The notes under the pieces were generated by a model. That model saw only the letters and a list, made by a program, of their open reading frames with translations, was not told the origin of the DNA and did not search any database. From positions 124,001-188,000 of the forward strand of contig JBEWZL010000253.1 in assembly GCA_045837725.1 (NCBI GenBank): a stretch of 64,000 bases of DNA, read 5' to 3'. Each line of letters starts with the position of its first letter. Position 1 is the stretch's first letter. Shown here one piece after another: positions 53,653-64,000 of the stretch. Made by a program: the position numbers and the translations under genes. This stretch comes from Vermamoeba vermiformis. Its lineage: Eukaryota.

Positions 53653-56192
53653 CTAGCCCAGTCCTTTGAGGGGTCGCGGACTGGTGATGGCGTGGCGACA
53701 GATGGGACAGAGTCGCTGATTGACAGGTCCCGCGCTGATCAGTTGTTGACACGTGAGACACAAAATGTGACCGCAGTCTATGCTCACCGCGCCTTTTTTG
53801 GTAAAGTCTTCGTAGCAGATCGGACACGTGAGTGACTGGGCCAGTGTGTCGCGTTCTCGTTGCGCGTCCTCCACGTGTCGCTGCATAGTTGCAATCTTTG
53901 CATTCAGCGCCTCGTAGTCGCGCTGTTTCTCCTCCAATCTCGCGCGGAGATTGCGCACTTCAGCGGTGTTTGTTTCGCGCTCCTGGCAACAGAGTTAGTG
54001 TCTATAAAAGGCAAGTGGTACACGTGCCTGTTTGATCGAGACGCTCGTGCGGTTCATGAACTGATCCTTAGAGTGCGCCAGTTGACAGCTGACACCGAAC
54101 AGCACTTGACACCAGACACGTGTCAACAGGGCACTCTCGAGCGGCAGTTGATTGGCGATGAATGTCAGCAAGTACGCTGCGAGTGCGTCAATGACAGGCG
54201 TCAGAATGAGGGTTGGGCGAGTGACACTTACAGAATGAACCAGAGTCCAGCAGTTGACATCTGAGGCCACGTGTCAACAGAGTGGTCAGTGACGCGACAC
54301 TCGATTTGACACGTGTCTGAAGCTCTGACTGGAAGTCACCGCTTGACACCGTCGTGTGATTGAATTCAGTGAAAAATTCAAACAAATTCATCGATGGTCG
54401 TGGTGCTCCGAGGGCGAGGTCCAGCGGAATAATTTTGCTCATTTGCACCGCTATTGGCTCTGGGAAATCGCTGGGAACGCGCAACTTGGTGCAAATAGAG
54501 TGCGGATGCAAATATTTAGCCAAAAATAGAAGGTGTGTGGCTAGCACGTGCTTTTGTGGCTCCAGTCCCTCCACGTGATTGATAATATCGCACGAGAGGT
54601 CAACCAAATCATTTCTAAATTAGGTGATTAGGAATTGGTACCAAACCAAATATCTCCGCGTACCTCGCAGTAAAGAACGGCAAAGTAACCAGCACCAACA
54701 TGACATAATAACCTGCAAATATAATGAGAGTTGTTCATGAACCATTGGCTAATATCGGGTACCTCGCGAACCCCACGTGACTGGTGGTGGAGCACGGTCG
54801 ATGACGCGTGTCAAGATCTGCAGCACAGTGTCCATCAACTCCAAGTCACTGCGCAGCGAGTTAGAAGTGCTAAAAATAGCGACAACACTTACTTATTTGG
54901 AAATTCAAAAGTGTCAATATTGCGCTGAAATTTCTTCCTAAAATAGCTCAGTGATTGCAGCACGTGTCGCACATTGTCCTCCAATGGCGCGTGGTCGACA
55001 GCAGTGGTGAGCAGTGCTAAATTTAGCACCTCCCAGTCACGTGATTTCGCTGCAAAGATCTGCTGACCAATCACGTGTACGAGTAGCGCAGTCCAGTCCA
55101 CGTGTTCGGTGTGCTGCACAATAAATAGTTGCAAACACTGGTAGGCCAGGGTCGTCACGTGCGCGGAATTCTCTTCGCCGTACTGATCGATCGTCTTGAT
55201 CAGTGTTTGCAATAATTTTACGAGCACGTGTGCCGGCATGGTGCTAAATTTGGGAAATACTTTCACGAAGAGCTGCAAGATGTAACTCAAGCACGTGGTG
55301 TCTGGTTCATGAAGCAGTATTTCACTGAACAGTGCCACCACAGTGCTGAAGTGAGGTTCATCGACCAGGGCAGCAGCAGCATCGACCAGGGCACGCACGT
55401 GATCGCGTGTCTGATTCATGTTGGTCATCTTGTACGCGATGAGTGCGTTCATGAACGGCTTCCATTCAGTGAAAGCACGTGATCTTCCCTTTGTCTTCAG
55501 TGAACACGTGCTGCAGTGTGGCCAGTGACTTGAGAGACACATCGACCTCGTGCTGCCATTACCTTATTAGGCACTGCAAGTGGTGCAGGTGACTTACCGT
55601 GTAGGTGGCCAGTACTAATTTGGAAATCACGTGCGCGAACAACTCGTGTTTGATGCGCGTGTCAATCGTCATGACTGGCAGTTCGGGCAGAAAGGCGAGG
55701 TGTTTGACTGACAGGTGTCAAAGAGTGAGTGGCACTGGCAGGCTATTTATAGCACTTACTGAACGAGATCAAAAATCCTTTGCTGAATCTGCTCGGCTCG
55801 GCACTCAGCACGCGACCGATCAGCTGCTGTGCCGTCAGGAGTGTACGGGGACTATAATTAGACGATAAATACCTGCAAACACTGCACCAGGAACTCGTTG
55901 TAGGTTGACGCTGAGGTCGCGTCGAGTGTCTTTTTGAGCTGCTTGATTGCTTCGAGGATCTCCTCTCTATGGTCACTAGTTAGCATCGTTACCGCATAGA
56001 TATAATTAATTAATAAGATTTTAGATAGCGCCGCTGATGTTAAGGTTAACAGAACCGAAGACGATTTAATTAATATTAAAATGGATCGGGACATTAATTG
56101 CGCTGGAATATTGTGTGCATCTAGCGAGACTTAATTACGTACTCGTTGTTAGAAGAGAGCTTCTTGAGTAATTTATTATGCGAGTTTCCCAT
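53653..56192 (-). CDS. Helical-repeat protein with coiled coil and C-terminal C3HC4 RING (E3 ligase-like)
   Basis: MGNSHNK start; helical exons; CPICYEDFTKKGAVSIDCGHILCLTC...CPICR. Confidence 0.75.
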
Positions 56193-56468
56193 GCAGTAAT
56201 AATCGGATCAGATCTGTCTCGCGCAGCACATGCTTGACCACTCGTTATGGAGCGCTATTGGTAGTGAAACGCTAGTTCGTTATGAAAATGACGTTATTGC
56301 ACTTTGTTGTGCTCGTGTGGCTCACTAAGTGCATTAAATCCAATGACAGTGGCATCAATTGTCAATTTCTCGTGCGCCGCTGGTGCTGTTTTGCGAGACA
56401 TGTCTTGTGTGATTTGTTTGAAACACCGAGGTAGGGCCAAGTCAAGGCCATTTATAAACAGTTTATTA

Positions 56469-59400
56469 TTACACATCTTCCAAGTGCAGTCGCGGTACAA
56501 TGTTCATTGCCTGCAGCTCTTGGAACAGCAGTTTGGCAGCATAGGGGATCTTGAGCTGCGAGAGTTCGGTGGACTTCTTGCAGTACTGACACCAGCCCTG
56601 ATAGCCCACGAAGCCGCACTGCTCGCACACGTACACCGTGAACTGATCGGACGAGTGCATCAGTCGCTCCATCAGCAGTGCCGAGGCTCCGTAGCCAATC
56701 AGACAGTCGCGCTCCATTTCTCCGAGCCGCAGACCTCCGTCACGTGATCGACCCTCCGTGGGCTGACGCGTCAACACCGCACGAGGACCACGTGATCTGG
56801 CGTGCATCTTGTCTGCCACCATGTGCTTGAGCTTCTGATAGAACACCGGTCCCTCAAAGATGTACGCATTCAACATCTCACCTGTAATGCCTAATTTGGT
56901 CATCCGTCAGTTGACTGATACAGCGCATCGCATCACGTGCTTGACGTACCTGAAGTGAGACAGTCTTTGCCGGAATAATTAAAACCCCGCTTGATCAGTT
57001 CGCGGCTCACAAAGTCTACGCGATCTCCGCCGAATGCCTAAAAATAGATCAGTGCCCCGTCACTCGCAGATAACCATATTTAGCGTACCGTGCCATCGCG
57101 GAACTCGCCCATGAGCACACCAGCCTTGCCCGCCAAGAATTCAATCAACTTGCCCACCGTCATGCGCGAGGGGAAGCCGTGCGGATTCATGATGAGATCT
57201 GGCACTATGCCACTGTCGCTGAACGGCATGTCCTCGTGCTGCACGATGATGCCGACCACACCCTTCTGACCGTGGCGCGATGAGAACTTGTCGCCGAGCT
57301 CAGGTCTCCTCGTCTCGCGGAACAACACCTTGATGAGCACCTGATCGTCCTCGCTGCCACTCAGCATCACCTTGTCCACGATCACGGGATTGAGGCCCTT
57401 GTAGGTCTGGTGGTCAATCTTGTAGTCCTCGTCCGACACCTCGCCGATCTGGGCCACGGGATCTGCCGTGTTGCGCGGTGTCTGCTTGTTGATGTACACG
57501 TCACCGGTCTTGAGTGACACGCCAGGCTGTGCCAGTCCATCGCTGTCCAGTCCGTGGTACTTGAGCTGTGCATTGCGCTCGTCAGCTGCAGGCGGTGAAA
57601 TGATGCGATCGTGCGAGCCATTGGCGTACTTCTTGATCAGCGTGCTCGCCTTCTTGAGCACCATGCACCGTCCAAAGCCGCGGTCAATCGAGGCCTTGTT
57701 GAGCACCACTGCGTCCTCAATGTCGTAGCCGCTGTAGGACATGACTGCCACGATGGCATTCTGCCCGCCAGGTATCTTGCGGAAGTTGATGAGATCGATG
57801 GTCTTGGTCTTGACCATGGGCTGTTGCGGATACACGAGCAAGTAGAGCAGCGTGTCGATGCGATTGAACTGATTGTAGCCAATGGCACCCATCGCCTGCT
57901 TGCCCATCGCGCACTGGTACGTGTTGCGCGGGGACTGGTTGTGGTGCGGATAGGGAATCAGTCCTGCCACCACACCTAATATGGTCAGCGGCTCAATCTC
58001 GAGGTGCGTGGTGCGCGGATGAATGTCGCGCTCGTACATGGCGATGTAGCAGTCGTTCTCTTCATTCACATCCACGTACTCGATCAGTCCTTCGTGCAGA
58101 AAGTCGTCGAAGGACTTGTAGCCCTCCACTAATTGCCTAATATGGTGCGACTTGACACGTGGCACACCGTTCTCGACGATGATGAGTGGTCGACACAATC
58201 TGCCACCATCTGAGGCAATGTAGATCATCTTGTCGCCCTCGTGCACGTAGATCGACACGAATTCCTAAAAATAGCCTCGTCAGATGCCATTGCCTAATAT
58301 AGATCGAGTGGCCACTCACCGAGATCTGACCGCTGCGTCGCATGAGTCTGAATGCGCGCACAAACTCTCTGGGCCGCGTGTGCACGCCGAGAATGACGCC
58401 GTTGAGATTGACGAGATAGGTGTACGCGCTGTGTATCTCCTCGCCCGACAGCAGCGTGATGTCCTCCACGCCCAGATTGAAGGCCAGGCGGTGAATGGTG
58501 CGCACGTCCATGTCCGTGGTCACGTGGGTGAGCAGCGCGAGGTTCTTGACGAGGCCGCAGCTCTCACCCTCAGGCGTGTCGCTCGGACACAACATGCCCC
58601 ACTGACTGGGCTGCAGACTGCGCGGACCACTCACTTTGCGCGTCTTTTCGAACTGACTCTGAATGCGCGTCATCATGCCCAGACACGCGATGAACGACAG
58701 ACGCGACAGGGCTGGCAGCGGTGCAATTAGTGCTGGGGGACGTGATTGCCTAATATGGAAATAACCTACCTTGCGTGATGCCAGCGCGGTCCATTTTAAA
58801 TCGTTTGATGCGCCAGTTGCCACTGCTGAGTGCGGAGACGAATCCAAAGTAGATCTGATCGGGTGTGATGTAGCGCACCACATCGAAGGGCTGTGCGCGG
58901 TTCTGCTTGCCGAGTGCATCGTCAGCGCGGCGCGAGATGTCCTTGGTGAAGCGCTTGAACAAGTCCTCGAACAACAAGCTCAGCAGCTGTCCGGCCAGTT
59001 CGAGTCGCTTGTTGCCGTAGTAGTCCTTGTCGGAGAGCGCGCTCTGATCGTTCACTGAATGCAACAACTTGCGCAGCATCATGCCGAGGTAGATGGCCTT
59101 CAAGCGGAAGTCGTAGTTCTTGCACGGCACGTGATTGAGAATGATCTGCGCGAGGATGTCACGTGCTTCATCCACTTTGGTCTTGCGGCGTCGTCTGGTG
59201 CCCGCTTTGATCTTGCCACCAATGTAGTCGAGGGCCTGCAGCTGCGTGTTGACTCCGAGCGCGGCGCACTTCTGCAGCGAGGGTGCGAGGTGATCAATGT
59301 AGTAGCTCTCACTGCCCACCAGCTGCACGGCCTCTTGATCGGTCTCCACGCCCATGCCCTTCAGCACCACCATGATCGGCAAGTCCTCGCCAAAGGTGTT

Positions 59401-60408
59401 GTGCTTGAGCAGCAGCTCGCCATTCTTGTAGATGACCGTCGTCTTGGACTTGCGCTCGTAGTTGGAACTCGTGACATTGGCGGAGTAGAGGCCCTTGTTG
59501 TCCACCTCCAAGATGATTCTATTTTTAGACAGCTGTTCTTGAATCAGAATCACCTTCTCCGTGCCGCGGACAATGAAGTAGCCCCCCGGATCGAGCGGAC
59601 ACTCGCGGTACTGCGCCAACTGCTCCTCGGTGGCCCCGTGCAGTATGCAGTGCTTGCTGCGCAACATGATGGGCAAGCGACCAATCATCACGTTGTTCTT
59701 CGGCTTGAGTTCGTTGCTCGCGACTTGTGTGTAGCGCAGATTGACGTAGATCGGGGCACTGTAGGTGAGGTCGCGTAGTCGACACTCTTGCGGGGTCACG
59801 TCGCGCGTAACAAAGTCCTCTTCAATGCAGGGCTTGCCAACCCAGATGTCGGTGAATCTGCAAGCAAAGCGAGTGAGTTCCAGCACTCGATTAAAGCAGG
59901 TATATATATGTACGCACTCTAAGAAGAAGTTAGGATCAGCCTCGCAGCGCACAATCTTGTTCGCTTCGACGATCTTCTTGAGCTCGTGGTCAATGAAGAA
60001 GTTGTACGAGTCAATGTGTTGCTTCACGAGTCCTTTCACTTTCAAGAACGCTGGTAATAACTTCCATTTGTCCTAGTAGCAACGTGTTAGTACCCAACGC
60101 GCGTGTTTTTGCGAAAATTAGCAGATTTGGGCTTGGCAGTTGTGCGAAGTCAAGAAAATGAAGGAAATAATTTATGTGCATTTATAACCACCATAATATA
60201 GCTCTTGGGATGATCCGAGTAATTTAAAATTATTTTTGAATTATTAAAAATTAATTCTTACCTCGATCGTTTTGATGGGTTCTGTTAATTTGTCAGCGTT
60301 GTATAATTCTTTTGCGAATTCATTGCTGAATCCTTCTTTAATATTTTCATGCATAAGTTCATCCTCGATTTGATCGCCAGTGATCTTCTCAGCTAACTTT
60401 AACCGCAT
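56469..60408 (-). CDS. RPC2: RNA polymerase III second-largest subunit
   Basis: [74 protein letters not shown]. Confidence 0.97.
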
Positions 60409-60652
60409 CTTCAACTTGCTTGTCAGTCAACTCCGCGGCCTTAGTATTGGCACGGCGTGATTTAGATTTGTTAGCATCCATGGATGACATGCTTGTGCTA
60501 CTCGCTGTTAAATGTCACATCCAACTGCCGCCCCTCGTACTACGAGCTAACAGGCACGTGACAACAATCAACAACAAAATTTCACTCGCAGTGCGAAGAA
60601 GATACTCAATTAATTGCACACTAGTAATTGACTGCAAGCACACTGCTCTATC

Positions 60653-62778
60653 ATGCAGACTTACAAAACGAAGGTCAACAAGGTCAGTGCGCAGTATCAA
60701 GAGAACTACAAGCGCAATCAGGAGCTCGTGGCAGATCTGAACGCGCAGCTGGGCAAAGCACTGGAGCAAGGCAAGCCCGAGCACGTCAGACGTCACATTG
60801 AGGGCGGCAGATTGTTGGCTCGTGACCGCATTGAACTCTTGCTCGATCAGGTACAAGACAACATCCCACCGCTAATTACTTTAATATCGATGCAAATAAT
60901 GTGACTAACAATGCTAGTATAATTTCGAATATTTAAAATGTCTAAGGACAAATTTCTAACAACACGAAAAGGATTCGCCATTTTTAGAGTTGTGTCCACT
61001 TGCTGGATGGGGCAAAGACAATACACCATTGGGAGGTTCTGTTGTGTGCGGCATTGGTCTTGTTAGGTAAGTTAGTTCACCATAAATGAGGCTGTGTTGC
61101 TGGTACACAAAGGCAGATCGCAACCTTAAGTTGCCTTCAAGTAACTCATTTCAAACAGTGGTGTCGAATGTCTGATATCAGCCAATGTACCTACAATCAA
61201 CGGTGGCTCCGTCAATCGCACCACACTGAAGAAGTTCGGGCGCATCGATCAGATCATCACCGAGAACCGATTGCCCGCCATCTCCTTAGTCGAGACAGGT
61301 GGTGCAGATCTGCGCCAACAAGCCAAGGTGTTTCATGCGGGAGGTGCAGGGTTCCGCTCACTGACACGCCGTTCCAAGGACGGACTGCCCTCGATCAGCG
61401 TCGTGTTCGGCAGCAGCACTGCAGGCGGTGCGTACACTCCTGGCATGAGTGACTACGTGATCATGGTCAAGGTACACCTCCCGCACTCTGACATTGCATT
61501 TCCTGACTGACGCACCTCCACATCCAGAACCAAGCCAAAGTGTTCCTCGGTGGTCCACCCCTCGTGAAAGCAGCCACGGGTGAAGTGACTGACGCCGAGA
61601 CACTCGGTGGCGCAGAGATGCACAGTCGGGTCAGTGGTGTCTCGGACTACCTCGCTGAGGACGAACATCACGCGCTCTATTTGTGCCGGTAAGGGACTCC
61701 ACTAGTGACACTACCACGTGACACTACCACGTAACATTGGATGAGACTGACACGTGCTGGCAGACAGGTGGTGGCATCGCTCAACTGGCACAAGAAGACA
61801 CCGTTCCCTGGCGGACATCTCGTGCGCAAGATTGATGCGCCGCTCTACGACCCTGGTAAGTGGCATTCGCGCGGTGCTATTTATAGCTGCAGACTGACAC
61901 GTGTCAGATGAGTTGCTGGGCATTGTCTCGCCAGATGTGCGGTTGCCCTTCGAAGCGCGCGAAGTGATCGCACGGCTGGTGGATGGCTCGCGCTTCAACG
62001 AATTCAAGCCCAGCTACGGCACCACACTCGTCACGGCCTGGGCCGAGGTGCACGGCTTTCCGATCGGCATCATCGCTAACAACGGGGTAAGTGGCGGGTG
62101 TCGCGGTGGTGGTGCTATTTATAGCTGCAGACTGACACGCGTCACAGGTGATCTTCCCCGACACGGCGAACAAGGCCACGCAGTTCATCGAGATCTGCGA
62201 GCGCCGCGTGATTCCGCTGCTGTATCTGCACAACATCACGGGGTTCATGGTGGGCAAGAAGTACGAGCACGAGGGCATCATCAAGCACGGCAGCAAGATG
62301 ATCAACGCCGTCTCCAACTGCGAGCTGCCAGCGATCAGCATCATCATGGGGGCCTCGTACGGTGCAGGCAATTACGCCATGTGCGGCAGAGCTTACAACC
62401 CGCGCTTCTTGTTCACGTGGCCCAACTCCAAGGTCGCAGTCATGGGTACGTAGCTGCAGTCACGTGCTGCACACTGCACATTATTGACACGTGTTATTTG
62501 CAGGTTCGGATCAGCTGGCAGGTGTGATGGTGACCATTCAGCGCGATGCAGCGGAGAAGTCAGGCCGCAAGTTCAATGAAGAGGCTGCAGCACAGATGAG
62601 CAAGATGTTCAAAGACAAAGTGGACAGTGAGACCACAGCCTATTACTGCACGAGCAGAATGATCGATGACGGCATTGTTGATCCACGTCAGACACGTGAC
62701 ATCTTGGGTCTGTGCTTGTCGGTCATTTACACCAATGAGATCAAGCCGAGCGGCAGATATGGTCTGCATCGCATGTAG
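60653..62778 (+). CDS. Biotin-dependent acyl-CoA carboxylase beta (carboxyltransferase) subunit, MCCB family, AccD2/AtuC-like
   Basis: [70 protein letters not shown]. Confidence 0.9.
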
Positions 62779-63522
62779 TTATCTGTATAGTAGTGTGTTT
62801 GGAGCTAAGCTTGTGTTGGAAATAAAGACAGAGTTCAAACAGTATGAAATTCTAGTCTTTTAGTTGTTTTCATGAGCTGAGAAACTATGCTGCCTGCTGC
62901 TGACGTGCTGTCCATTGGATGAATCCAGGCTCCACCATATGCCATCCATGGAGGTTCTTCTCAACAACATAGTAATTTCTTCTTGGTGGCCATTGAAATA
63001 CTGCAATTTTTGGTGGCACTCTTGAGATTCTTGGGGTATCAGGAGGGTTTTTGGATCGCTGAAAGAAGAATGGTATGAAGATTTTGAGCCTGTCCATGAC
63101 TGCACCAGCGACCCAAGCTACTGTGGCATTAGAAGGCTTTGGGCTAAACGCGAGAGGCTGAAAATGGCAATGTTCTGTAAAGAACTTAAGTACTAGAACT
63201 TTGTTCTATTGGCTGCAATACCATTGAAACTTTGGAATCACCTAGATCTATCACTATCTAACAAGAAAATATAAGTAATCATCAAAAATATTGTAGTGGC
63301 AGCAATTTGTAAATTTTCAGCATTAAGTATGAACCCACCCACCAGCACATGTTTGGTACAACACAACTATACGTATTTTATGCAACCCTGAACTTTGGCT
63401 ACAATGCATTGTCACCTGCCTATGAAAAAAAAATTGAATCATCTATACTTTTTTATGTTGTAACTTTGTCCAGTAGGGTGGCAAACCTTGTTATAATGAA
63501 AGGATATGCTTAATCATATACT

Positions 63523-63695
63523 TGGCATATAGAAATCTTGTTAAAATCTTCATACTATATGATGTATGGTCGGCGGACATGTGGTCCGTGGTGGACGTCC
63601 AATTTTTGCCGGACAGGCGTCCGCCAAATGTACGTGGCATAGAAATCTTATTACAGTCCATATGATGTATGGTTGGCAGATGTTTGGTCAGTGGT
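63523..63695. repeat. Degenerate direct repeat (two copies of about 60-70 bp)
   Basis: TGGCATA(TA)GAAATCTT...TATGATGTATGGT(C/T)GGC(G/A)GA...TGGTC.GTGGT at ~63523 and ~63636. Confidence 0.7.
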
Positions 63696-64000
63696 TGTAA
63701 TTACAAGCCGGACATGTCTGGGCTGGCATTTTGGCCTTGCCTCACAACAATTGGCCATCCTCCAGTGGGTTTGAATGGACAGCGTTCAGTTTAGGGTTAG
63801 GTGCCAATGAACGGAATAACCCAATTCTGCAGTTATGAACGCAATTGGAAATCTTTCAGCGGTGTTGGAACTGATCAGTTCTTCACAGAACATTTTTGTA
63901 CGGCCAGGATTCTGACAATGAAAACATGAAACTTCAACGAACTCATGATTAAACGTCAGGATTAGCCTTTCCAATATGCTCAAATGGGGTCAGAGGTCAG

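Noticed and set aside
59059-59778. Long plus-strand ORF antisense to RPC2 (and similar shadow ORFs over DBP9, Timeless and the carboxyltransferase)
   Set aside because: Expected by-product of GC3-rich codon usage on the opposite strand.
61706-61733. GTGACACTACCAC tandem duplication in an intron
   Set aside because: Two-copy local slippage; not a CRISPR-like array or element.

Overview
Gene-dense, intron-rich eukaryotic nuclear DNA with short GT-AG introns (mostly about 45-60 nt) and the standard code. It is most likely an amoebozoan protist; this is an inference from a Shk-type kinase-SH2 gene, a tyrosine-kinase-like receptor and a Zn2Cys6 factor occurring together. About 29 spliced protein genes and 2 tRNAs can be reconstructed by hand, including BCD1, NAR1, peptide deformylase, ARF, a PAK-like kinase, EMC4, RPB12, Kelch-BTB, two GT31 paralogs, DBP9, PfpI, IscA2, NDUFB10, Shk, Timeless, TTI2, RPC2 and a carboxyltransferase beta subunit. 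The most unusual signals are: (1) MADS-box-type CArG/MEF2 10-mers and TGACACGTGTCA E-box palindromes densely embedded in introns and codons of the GC-rich genes, spaced at roughly multiples of 155 bp in RPC2; (2) two near-identical introns in one gene; (3) an IscA2 with no start codon of its own, apparently fused behind another mitochondrial protein; (4) a securin-like gene on a CHR/E2F/Myb bidirectional promoter; (5) Rho-like GTPase-YCII and F-box-importin-alpha fusions; (6) up to five +1 frame breaks that may be assembly errors. Gene models are manual and no database searches were run.
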